Origin: an uncultured Gammaproteobacteria bacterium
GTDB taxonomy: Bacteria; Patescibacteriota; Patescibacteriia; UBA1558; 2-01-FULL-52-15
Length of the DNA: 60,660 nucleotides
NCBI GenBank assembly: GCA_964441335.1
Contig: CAYTUI010000002.1
Location: forward strand, 1-60,660
Reading direction: 5' to 3'
Below are positions 17,701-24,184 of this stretch, piece after piece. A program made the translations under genes and the position numbers. The notes below the pieces were generated by a model. That model was not told the DNA's origin. It worked only from the letters and a program-made list of their open reading frames with translations, and did not search any database. Each line of letters starts with the position of its first letter. Positions within the stretch are counted from its first letter, which is position 1.

Positions 17701-18841
17701 CTTGAGTCAGGCCGGAATAGTTAGGATGGCATCTGTTCCGGAGGTTGATGATATTGCTGACTATTATATAGATAAATACTACGAATCGCGGTATAATGGA
17801 TCTGCCAGAAACCACTATTTCTTAGGCAATATCCGTCTAGCTTCAGAAAAGCTGTCTGGCGATAACGCCGGAATATACTACATTTTGTCTGATCACCTAG
17901 GCTCCAGTTCTCTGACAACTAACGCCACCGGTACAGTGATAGCTCTGACAGACTATTATCCTTACGGATCAGAAAGCTATAATAATACTACGACCGATAT
18001 TGGAGACGATTACACCTTTACCGGTAAAGAGTTAGACGAAGAATCTAATCTCCAGTACTTTGGTGCAAGGTATTATGATCAAGAGAGCGGGAGATGGATA
18101 AGCATTGATCCTTATGGATTAGACTTAGATCGTCTCATGGAAATTATATCAAGTCCTCAGCAGTTCAATGGCTATTTATATAGTATGGGAAATCCTGTAA
18201 TTCTAGTTGACCCCGATGGTAATAGATCAGATGAACCATGGGATGTATGGAATTGGGCTCCAGGGTTTAAGCAGTTTGCCGATGCTTTTGACAGACATCC
18301 GAATGAAACAACCAACATCTCGTCAAGCTTAGTACCAGGATATGGAGATGTACAAGATGCTAAAGAAGCCTTCACTGGTAAGGAAACTTTCACTGGTAGG
18401 GATCTTAGTACCGGAGAGAGGGTTATATCGGGAGCCGCCGCTTTTATACCTATAGTTAGTGGATCTGTGATAAGGTCAGGGGTTAAAGCTGTAAAAGGTG
18501 CGATTAAATTATCTGATGAGGTCTTTAGTTTATCGCCCCAGGTCACTAGGGGAGTTCAGAGGTATTGGGCGAAATCTAATTATGATGATACTTTGAGCAG
18601 TTTCGGGGATCATTTTGCAAGACACGGTGCCGGTAGAACCCCGGAACAGTATTTAGATGATGGGGTAGATTTTTACAAGGATTACAAAGACTTTGGTAAG
18701 AGTCACCATATTTATTCCACAAATGAATATGGTATAAAAATCAGTAATAAAGACCTGAACTACTACGGCATTTATACTACATATGGAAGGGCGGTTACTC
18801 ATGGACCGATTGATGAGAGTAAATCATTTCTTAATTACTAA
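11744..18841 (+). CDS. RHS/YD-repeat polymorphic toxin with SpvB-like and FG-GAP/VCBS-like N-terminal regions
   Basis: N-terminal signal/TM. SpvB-like FSGAFAYSYPVSLPAGRAGLQPQVSLNYN...GFGWELS. Five DxNxDGxxD repeats. Many YD repeats (YDAFGRP, YYDGLGRV, YDSQGRV, YDALGN-type). RHS core end YFGARYYDQESGRWISIDPYGL ... NPVILVDPDGN, followed by a variable C-terminus. Confidence 0.93.
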   Translation: MKKRDLYRGIYTLVVTAMVIMPLTPVLAAPRPIAVISDNPVSQVAQPEVVAPEVEAVPAEISTEPAQPADDAALIDMGLQAEETPPLEQTSGGGDSPLDPYANRDNAGAKPTKLLGEHNVDEFSGAFAYSYPVSLPAGRAGLQPQVSLNYNHQRQNVGSMVGFGWELSMSSIERDGRTGLDKLYTDNNFRLNLNGNHELVAIDVDSNGYGLYGKRIESDFLKIEYSSVNKWLVTDKTGMVYTFGSQATSRQDNPSDSTKVYRWMLEEIRDTNDNFVRYEYFKDFGQIYPKKIFYTGSGTTDGTFEVWFEPFASGSQTENNLVSISETAGFTVQTKYLLDKIDVYADGVKSRSDDLNFGLNDSGKKYLLNSITPKAYKDAQEYSKDTVNFDYSYEVASFTPSGDYQLPSGYELYLQPGLGSSRRAMFIDLNLDGYADYINMTCNSSAVTVNVFNNNTTGGWNDVSNYDTSFVFSGCSHSTTIPATFAEMNGDHYIDLVTNSGYYPNTGSGWGSLVAGSLPASLLQSTTSNKPINSLIFTDLNRDGYDDAYYNHSTSSLDSAVTAYIKNKTTGVWTQDNDYNISLQLDYADCFRYGGTPFGFADVNNDGSEDVFYDYYCHPEQHTTYSGEVVYLNNGTSLALSADYAAPANMSWYSISAYNGQNISFLSDFNRDGLQDKGGYSRDQWVDGTGPHSSGGMSLLGVSVFDTVTFDGYSYFTNAVPVAVVDLNGDQAQDAIHSYSGDGDRIYYGQGIKNDILTNIDGQSGASVRVAYGNSSQEKDSTGSLLNPNLPFDTQIVKEVVVNDGQENLTGQSYTYSDGSVASYTNENIKDVYGFGKVTKKIGQALVDVDLGDGSDGSFNSNMDYIFTADKDFTYFTVNSGHKVTIQPGVKVKVQGTATINGSLFAKGTGYPEQAGPGAGADGQMSTYGPSGGGGGAGFVFNGESSGGYEGQYIVSGGVAYGNSELEPALRGSGGGKGGYKQGEAIARGGSGGGIIILNTKNLTVNGEINADGNGGESWTSTGYQNSGGAGGGSGGSIYIRVAETANIGTNMVHARGGAGGLGAYGNDGGDGSIGRIRIEAPTIVGSTDPAYFSLGSVGYTVDGNPADSQLRVIESDYQTAINSGTALDDSYFFHGLKSRDREFDVDGNQLTQNNYSYQLNNVGQSRKSALLDLKASTIIDEGQNYSNGQQFDYDLNNGNVLNQEDLGHVQVNISSGQITDPLLGDEKTTTYSYALNADKHILGAPKTKVVSGLSETKDQDYYYDQLPLGQVNKVNLTKEDTKVNGVDVETTYNSLGLPVTKKDPKENTVVTLAYDSANLYPQTSTDVNGRITTTEYDPVTGQLLHSTDPNGYQEANGYDAFGRPILKQVSDPNNPANLITVQEISYEDVAFPNYKEVKDYFNSSQYVTSREYYDGLGRVIQSKKSDASGQYVTVAMEYDSQGRVKKQSLPYFSGSIAYSAPVFTYSKQYTYDVLDRVLTEITPVGTTTYSYDGFTTTITDPRGKVKELTKDAYDNLVQVKEHEGAAIYTTNYEYTLTNKLKKITDAQGNVRNFVYDDLDNLASQDMVHKTSVADPVDWVYTYDNNGNVLTKTDPRSQATDYSYDSLNRILTEDFSGTSGVEYDYNYDEGLGQLNRLSSVIGNNDSATYYTYDYAGRPTLVHRVIDGLNFDLQFAYNIRGDVSSITYSERQRVIYSFNNGGQVNQVDLIDDGVTTTLATNIQYSLTGLISHLERGNGVTTDYTYDPAQGYRLTHLVSQLGSAKLQDISYTYDSNGNILTLTDNSNTDLAKTVTYNYDDLNRLVSATVTNATSGNNYSHTYSYDAIGNMLSNSAVGQYTYNKDNPHQAGQIGADYYTYDANGNVRYINNDLHEWDWRDRMTKSRLGNNDSTYYVYDHNNQRLKKWTDVTPPPPPPPPVPCRGNCPKPIFEGSVDVGFEATTTEEIIEGELEMGDGEEGSEDSGTGAGEAEIGKQPVEEVQLLDGSADLSQAGIVRMASVPEVDDIADYYIDKYYESRYNGSARNHYFLGNIRLASEKLSGDNAGIYYILSDHLGSSSLTTNATGTVIALTDYYPYGSESYNNTTTDIGDDYTFTGKELDEESNLQYFGARYYDQESGRWISIDPYGLDLDRLMEIISSPQQFNGYLYSMGNPVILVDPDGNRSDEPWDVWNWAPGFKQFADAFDRHPNETTNISSSLVPGYGDVQDAKEAFTGKETFTGRDLSTGERVISGAAAFIPIVSGSVIRSGVKAVKGAIKLSDEVFSLSPQVTRGVQRYWAKSNYDDTLSSFGDHFARHGAGRTPEQYLDDGVDFYKDYKDFGKSHHIYSTNEYGIKISNKDLNYYGIYTTYGRAVTHGPIDESKSFLNY

Positions 18842-18842
18842 T

Positions 18843-19160
18843 ATGAAAAAAAATAGAGAAACAATAGATAAACTGGTTCAATCCTTAAGGAGACCATTCC
18901 CCGCAGAGTTGCCAGGAACTGACTCGAAAGCAGATTTTGATCTCGAGGATGGTAGAATTGCGGGCTTGGCCTCTAAATTCCTCAAAGGAAAGAGAATAGA
19001 CATTATCAAGCCATTTGATCCTGTTCTTAAGGCGATCATTATTAACTATGTGCCAGAGGATAAACACGCAGTTCGGGCATATAATGAAAGTCTACGAAGG
19101 ATAAGTGAGTTAGAGGAGATTGTGAATCTCGTGAATCAAGAATTAGGAAATTGTTTTTGA
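18843..19160 (+). CDS. candidate cognate immunity protein of the RHS toxin
   Basis: 105-aa ORF starting 1 nt after the RHS stop; assignment by position only, no motif recognised. Confidence 0.5.
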   Translation: MKKNRETIDKLVQSLRRPFPAELPGTDSKADFDLEDGRIAGLASKFLKGKRIDIIKPFDPVLKAIIINYVPEDKHAVRAYNESLRRISELEEIVNLVNQELGNCF

Positions 19161-19214
19161 GTTAGGAGGGCTACTATCGGCGTTGTATTTTGGCCTTGCG
19201 TCATGATATGGTAC

Positions 19215-19365
19215 ATTAATTAATCCCCAAAATCCTGGGCACCCTATTAGCCATAGCAGAGGATATAACTGGGCTCTTTCATTCAAAGATTTGAGCCTAC
19301 TTTCCATATCACCTCTGTCCTAGCATTGCTCTTGCGTAGGCGCCCAGCATTTTGGTAATTAATAA
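19215..19365. repeat. imperfect inverted repeat pair (MITE-like or long hairpin)
   Basis: 19215-19244 ATTAATTAATCCCCAAAATCCTGGGCACCC versus the reverse complement of 19339-19365 (core CCAAAATnCTGGGCnCC shared). Confidence 0.5.
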
Positions 19366-19374
19366 GCAAAATGT

Positions 19375-20190
19375 ATGTTCAGATTCAAATATTTAGTGGA
19401 GCAATCTTATCTTGGTTTGCTCTACAAAAACGGGGTTTTCCAGAAAGAACTGCGTCCCGGCAAGTACACTCTCTGGCATTTTATGGGTAAACCAAAATGG
19501 CAGGCTAAAAAAGTGGACATGAGAGAGCGATCTTTGGTGATTAAGAATCAGGAGATATTGACCAAGGATAAAGTCGCGGTCCGAGTTAGTATTATTGTTT
19601 ACTATAAAGTACAGAGCGCCAAGGATGCATTGCATAATGTGTCTTCTTATGAAGAGCGAATTTATGAAGACGTTCAGCTAGCGGCCAGACGATTTTTAGC
19701 CAGTGAAACACTTGATGATATTTTAGATTCACGCAATAAAATTTCCGCGGCCGTCAGGGAAGAAGTGAAAAACGTGGCTACAGGCTATGGAGTTGATATA
19801 ATTCGGGCAGATGTTAAGGATCTGGTATTCCCCGGTAATCTTAGGGAAATTATGAATCAGGTGCTGGAAACGCAACGCCGAGCAGAAGCAGACTTAATTA
19901 CTGTCAGAAAAGAAGCTGAAACAATCAGAATCAGAACCAAGGCTGAAAATGAAGCCGATAAACTTCGCAACGAGGCCCAGCAGGAAGCAGTTAAGATGAG
20001 AGCGGAAACTGAAAAAGAAAGATTGATGATACTGATGGAGTCTGAACTTGAGGAAGCTAAATTGGTGAAAGCTCATCCTGAAGTTCTTAAAATCAGAAAA
20101 CTCAAGACAATCGCCGAGCTAGCCCGTAACGGCGGAAAGTTCATAGTTGGACTAAAGGATGTTAAAATGGATGATGTGTTGAGAGATTAG
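19375..20190 (+). CDS. SPFH/band-7 (stomatin/prohibitin-like) protein
   Basis: LTKDKVAVRVSIIVYYKV-type SPFH core followed by a long charged coiled-coil tail. Confidence 0.8.
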   Translation: MFRFKYLVEQSYLGLLYKNGVFQKELRPGKYTLWHFMGKPKWQAKKVDMRERSLVIKNQEILTKDKVAVRVSIIVYYKVQSAKDALHNVSSYEERIYEDVQLAARRFLASETLDDILDSRNKISAAVREEVKNVATGYGVDIIRADVKDLVFPGNLREIMNQVLETQRRAEADLITVRKEAETIRIRTKAENEADKLRNEAQQEAVKMRAETEKERLMILMESELEEAKLVKAHPEVLKIRKLKTIAELARNGGKFIVGLKDVKMDDVLRD

Positions 20191-20234
20191 ACAGTGTGAA
20201 GTTTAATATTCATATTAATTAGTAATAAATAACT

Positions 20235-21287
20235 ATGATGATAAAAAGGATGTTTCCGATTCTGCTAATGGCAGTTTTCGGATTTTTATTTGTGTCGTCT
20301 GTTCAGGCAGAGGAGACGACTTATCCGGCGGGGTCGTTACTTGCTTTGAATAAAACAGGATCAGCAGTTTATTACATTGGTGAGGATGCAAGGAAATATA
20401 TTTTTCCCGAGGAGAAGACCTACTTTACTTGGTATGATGATTTTTCTAAAGTAATTAAAGTAGACCCAATTGAGCTGGATAAATATGAAGATGGCGGAAT
20501 TATGCCCTATAGGCCGGGTGTTTTGCTTATAACCCATCCCAATACCAACAATGTATATGCGGTAGAACCGAATGGTTTGTTGAGAAAAATTGTTTCAGAG
20601 GAAGCCGCCAAGAATTTATATGGTGAAAATTGGGCGTCAACTGTTCGGGATGTTATACCCGGGTATTTTGCATCAACGTATAAAATGGGGTCTGACCTGT
20701 CAGATAAGTTGCCCAATGGCACTTTGGTAAAAGAACAAGGCAAAGATGATATATATTATGTTTATGACGGCAGTAGAAGAAAGTTTTATGACGCTACGGC
20801 TTTTGATGAGAACGGATTTAGGCAAAAAGATATTATGACTGTGGCTAGCTTAGCCAAGTATGAATACGGGAGAACCATAAAAGGTAAGGAAGAAAATTTG
20901 TCCCACTTCACGAAAGACAAGGCATTCAAATATTCAAATATGGAATTGTATTACACGATTAATAGTGACTTTGGCGGAAGTATCGCGATTGTATTTCCTA
21001 CCTCAACAAAACCTTTTGAAGTAAGAAATGTTCTCATCAAAGGAGCCGGAAATTTGAGGCTTGATTATAAAAGTAATCAATATGCTTTAAAGGAAGGAGA
21101 AACCTCCTATTTCACCTTATATTATCAGGCACCGTTCGTGGTAGACATGAGCGAGTCATACATGAAAGTTGTTAGCAATAATTTTAGATCGGAGACGCCT
21201 ATTGAAATAGATCTTAGAGATTGGGTTTTGTGGGATATAGCTGAAGATAAACAAATAATCAATATACACGGTCAGACTTTTAAATAA
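20235..21287 (+). CDS. secreted/surface protein sharing its N-terminal module with the 1240-aa surface protein
   Basis: Signal peptide; about 190 aa (AVYYIGEDARKYIFP...TYFTWY...YRPG...VYAVEPNG...VIPGYF) parallel the N-terminus of the 56784-60506 product. Confidence 0.7.
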   Translation: MMIKRMFPILLMAVFGFLFVSSVQAEETTYPAGSLLALNKTGSAVYYIGEDARKYIFPEEKTYFTWYDDFSKVIKVDPIELDKYEDGGIMPYRPGVLLITHPNTNNVYAVEPNGLLRKIVSEEAAKNLYGENWASTVRDVIPGYFASTYKMGSDLSDKLPNGTLVKEQGKDDIYYVYDGSRRKFYDATAFDENGFRQKDIMTVASLAKYEYGRTIKGKEENLSHFTKDKAFKYSNMELYYTINSDFGGSIAIVFPTSTKPFEVRNVLIKGAGNLRLDYKSNQYALKEGETSYFTLYYQAPFVVDMSESYMKVVSNNFRSETPIEIDLRDWVLWDIAEDKQIINIHGQTFK

Positions 21288-21305
21288 ATTAGAATTATCA
21301 GAAAT

Positions 21306-21345
21306 AAAAATCCTCGCCTAATCAACTTGGATTTTTTTGTTTTTT
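21306..21345 (+). terminator. AT-rich intrinsic terminator
   Basis: AAAAATCC-15 nt-GGATTTTT followed by a T-run. Confidence 0.45.
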
Positions 21346-21417
21346 TAACCTTGACACATTGTAATATTTATGCTAGAATTGTGGATAATTTAATCGCTTT
21401 AATTATAAGCAAAAACT

Positions 21418-22629
21418 ATGAAAAATAGATTAATAATCGGGTCAATTGCAGTATTAATGATTGTCCCGTTTTTGAGTTTTAATTATGCTAGCGCTAATTC
21501 TGCCAGCGGTACGCCCTTTGAGATGATTTGGCAGGCACTTGAAAAATTAACCGGTAAAGTGGATAGCCATGAGGAGCGTATTACCGCCTTGGAGCAAAAA
21601 TTGGCGTTAATGGAAAATCCAGGCACCTTAACTGTGGCCAACAGCAATTCTATCCCCGCCCAAAATATTAGCGTCGGTAATGACGTCGTCTTGGGAGGTT
21701 TTGAATTTACTGCCAGCAATGAACCGATTAATGTGACTGACTTGACTTTAACTATTATTTCCAACTTCAATACTACTACCGCTGATGCTCTGAATTCCGT
21801 CAAAATAGTTGACGTTACCAACTCTACAGTTGCCGGACCGGCAGATTTATCAGGCAACACCTCGCAGGTAAATTTTACAGATCCATTCATTGTACCTGTG
21901 GGAGTAAATAATTATCGGATTGTTGCGAACTTAAATACTAATGGTGTCTGGCAGGATAACGACAAAATTTATGTTCAATTAGCAACTCCACAGTCGGCTA
22001 TTATTGCTCAAGGTGCAATTAGCGGCCAAAATATTTTAGTGCAACCAAATGCTAACGTTAAGGCCAATACTCAAACTATTAAGTTGGCTAAATTAATGAT
22101 TACCAGAAATACTTTACCGGCCGCTATGAATATTGTCCCCGGTACACAGGATTTGGGCTTAAGCGGTTGGAATTTTAGCGCAGCCAACTCAGCCGAAGAT
22201 GTTAGAGTAACGGCAATTTTATTTGCCGCCAATTCTTCCGATGTTAATAACTTAACGGTTAAAGTTGATGGTGTTATTAAAACTCCAGTGATGTCAGCTC
22301 CGCCAGTGGGGGATAATCAGACTACAACTTTTGCTTTTGACGAGCCCATAATAATTCCTAAAGGTACTTCCAAAAATATTTTACTGGAAGGCGATGTCAG
22401 TTTTGATGCGGTTATTGGTAATAGGATCCAGTTCGGTTTAACCGACTCTTCCGTAAAAAATAATAATTCGGTTATCGCTTATGGTGTATCTAACGGTAAT
22501 CGCGTTGATATAAATTTAGTTTCTGACGATGGTCCGTTTATGACAATTGTCAGCCCTGACTTTGTTAGAAATATAGCAGGCGCGATCGGTATCCAGCCAA
22601 TTAATCCAGACCTGCAAATTACCAGATAA
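21418..22629 (+). CDS. surface protein sharing a central module with the 1240-aa surface protein
   Basis: Signal anchor, coiled coil, then about 260 aa parallel to roughly residues 565-825 of the 56784-60506 product (LTVKVDG, TTFAFD, KGTSK, QFGLTD). Confidence 0.7.
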   Translation: MKNRLIIGSIAVLMIVPFLSFNYASANSASGTPFEMIWQALEKLTGKVDSHEERITALEQKLALMENPGTLTVANSNSIPAQNISVGNDVVLGGFEFTASNEPINVTDLTLTIISNFNTTTADALNSVKIVDVTNSTVAGPADLSGNTSQVNFTDPFIVPVGVNNYRIVANLNTNGVWQDNDKIYVQLATPQSAIIAQGAISGQNILVQPNANVKANTQTIKLAKLMITRNTLPAAMNIVPGTQDLGLSGWNFSAANSAEDVRVTAILFAANSSDVNNLTVKVDGVIKTPVMSAPPVGDNQTTTFAFDEPIIIPKGTSKNILLEGDVSFDAVIGNRIQFGLTDSSVKNNNSVIAYGVSNGNRVDINLVSDDGPFMTIVSPDFVRNIAGAIGIQPINPDLQITR

Positions 22630-22641
22630 ATTCTTAATTAA

Positions 22642-22680
22642 AACAAAGCCCCGAATTTAAATCAGGGCTTTGTTTTTTGT
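22642..22680 (+). terminator. intrinsic terminator
   Basis: AACAAAGCCC-loop-GGGCTTTGTT followed by a T-run. Confidence 0.7.
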
Positions 22681-22695
22681 TTTACTCTCCAAGTC

Positions 22696-22724
22696 TTGAC
22701 CCCATCCAAAATCTATGCTGATAT
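22696..22724 (+). promoter_or_regulatory. putative promoter of the GC-rich 162-aa gene
   Basis: TTGACC at 22696-22701; a weak -10 (TGATAT/GATATA) lies 17-18 nt downstream. Confidence 0.35.
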
Positions 22725-22759
22725 AGAGATGTTTTTCGTACCCTAACAGAGGAGGGCTG

Positions 22760-23248
22760 ATGGAAGGTAGCGGCAGGATTCCTAATCCGTTCACGACAGT
22801 GACGGCGACCCTGAATTACGAGGATTTGCCGGATTGGCTGAACGATTTTCTGGAGGGTAGGCCCAATAGAACAGTCGAGTTGGGTAAGCCGGTGGAAGTG
22901 CCTGCGGGGTCGCGGCCGGTTGATTTCTTGCTTCAGAGCTATGGCAAGCGCGAAAGTCGCTCGTCAAATCTGTTGCGGCAGGCGGCCATTCAGCTCCTGC
23001 AGATGTTGGTTTCCGGCGGTACGCTTGACGGTAGTAAGAAGTGGGATCAGCTGGTGGAAGACTTGGTGGTGCTGATCCGTGATCTGCCAGGAGATCATCA
23101 TCGGCAGAATCGCGAGGTGTATGTTGAGCTGGCTGCATCGTTGCGGGCAAGGGACAACGGACAACAGCTGGCGAACAACTTCGCTCTGGTTCTTTACCGC
23201 TTGGATTTCCTGCGAGAACGTCAGGTTCTGCTGGAAGGTCTGGCCTGA
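22760..23248 (+). CDS. hypothetical protein (162 aa), GC-rich orphan
   Basis: AGAGGAGGG SD 5 nt before the ATG; globular composition, unlike the overlapping alternative-frame ORFs. Confidence 0.6.
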   Translation: MEGSGRIPNPFTTVTATLNYEDLPDWLNDFLEGRPNRTVELGKPVEVPAGSRPVDFLLQSYGKRESRSSNLLRQAAIQLLQMLVSGGTLDGSKKWDQLVEDLVVLIRDLPGDHHRQNREVYVELAASLRARDNGQQLANNFALVLYRLDFLRERQVLLEGLA

Positions 23249-23254
23249 ACGAAG

Positions 23255-23290
23255 AAGCCCCACGTTGCTTGTGAGCGACGTGGGGCTTTT
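23255..23290. terminator. bidirectional terminator between convergent GC-rich genes
   Basis: AAGCCCCACGT-12 nt-ACGTGGGGCTT, a perfect 11-bp stem, with TTTT on the plus strand and TTCTTC on the minus strand. Confidence 0.7.
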
Positions 23291-23310
23291 CATATTGGCG
23301 ACCATGTTGG

Positions 23311-23655
23311 TCAGGGCTCGTGGGATCTGTCAATCAGATCGTTGAAGCTGTAAACACCGGTGTGGTCGTGGCTGACCTGTTTGTTCTCCAGTGATTTGTG
23401 CAACAGGTCGTTGTCAGCGGTCAGATGTCTGATCTGGTCTTCTTGTCGGTGGCTTCTTCTAACCGTCAGCTGGTCGAAGACAATCAGGAAGATGGCTAGA
23501 CCGATAAAGAACAGGCGGACTAGGATCCTGGCTGTCGTTGTTGATGTCACCCCGGTCAAATCCTGTGTCAGAGTCAGAGAGTTATCCGGCAAGTCCCAGG
23601 CCTGACCGGCGATCACCAGCAGAGCCATCACAACCATGTAGAGAACCATGCGCAT
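23311..23655 (-). CDS. hypothetical two-TM membrane protein (114 aa), GC-rich orphan
   Basis: Two hydrophobic helices then a charged tail; AGAAGGAGG SD; own consensus promoter. Confidence 0.6.
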   Translation of the reverse strand: MRMVLYMVVMALLVIAGQAWDLPDNSLTLTQDLTGVTSTTTARILVRLFFIGLAIFLIVFDQLTVRRSHRQEDQIRHLTADNDLLHKSLENKQVSHDHTGVYSFNDLIDRSHEP

Positions 23656-23706
23656 AGTTAGCCTCCTTCTGGCTGGTGTTTTCTAGCTTCTCGCTTGTCA
23701 AGCAGG

Positions 23707-23735
23707 ATTATAGAAAGATAATTTGTTTATGTCAA
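23707..23735 (-). promoter_or_regulatory. consensus sigma70 promoter (TTGACA-17-TATAAT)
   Basis: Minus strand: TTGACA (23735-23730), a 17-nt spacer, TATAAT (23712-23707). Confidence 0.7.
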
Positions 23736-23800
23736 ATAGCTTGACTAATAGCTAGTCAGATAGGACTAAACTTGTTATAATTGAGTCGATAAAAGTAATT

Positions 23801-24184
23801 ATGGCCAAGAAAATTGTTACTAATTCTGTTATTATCTTTTTTGTCTTTGTTTTTATGTTTGTGGCTATACTATTCTATTTTTTTCCTGAATCATTCAGCC
23901 CCGGCAGTAACGCCAAAATAGGAGATGTTTTGCGTTGTCAGTCAGCTAAAATTAGTGACAATTTAGGTCAGGCTAATATTAATAAGGGTCGTAATTTAGA
24001 ATTACTGGTTAGTTTTAAAAATAAGCCAACCGACGCGCAATTATCTATTTGGGAAGATAGAGGAGTGAAACTTTATCCGGACTCCTGGATATTTAACTAT
24101 TTGGTAGCTGAAAGTGGTTATGAGAATTTGTGTGCCTTGGTAGCCGCCGATGAAGTAACTTACATTGATATTGTCAATAAGTAA
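23801..24184 (+). CDS. hypothetical membrane-anchored protein
   Basis: N-terminal hydrophobic helix; stop overlaps the pgk start. Confidence 0.5.
   Translation: MAKKIVTNSVIIFFVFVFMFVAILFYFFPESFSPGSNAKIGDVLRCQSAKISDNLGQANINKGRNLELLVSFKNKPTDAQLSIWEDRGVKLYPDSWIFNYLVAESGYENLCALVAADEVTYIDIVNK

Noticed and set aside
22791-23345. Alternative-frame ORFs (22791-23333 -, 22964-23305 -, 23079-23345 +, 23360-23605 +) in the first GC-rich island
   Set aside because: GC-rich DNA lacks stop codons in many frames. These products are Pro/Ala/Ser/Arg-rich and low complexity, and they lack the SD and promoter found for the chosen frames.
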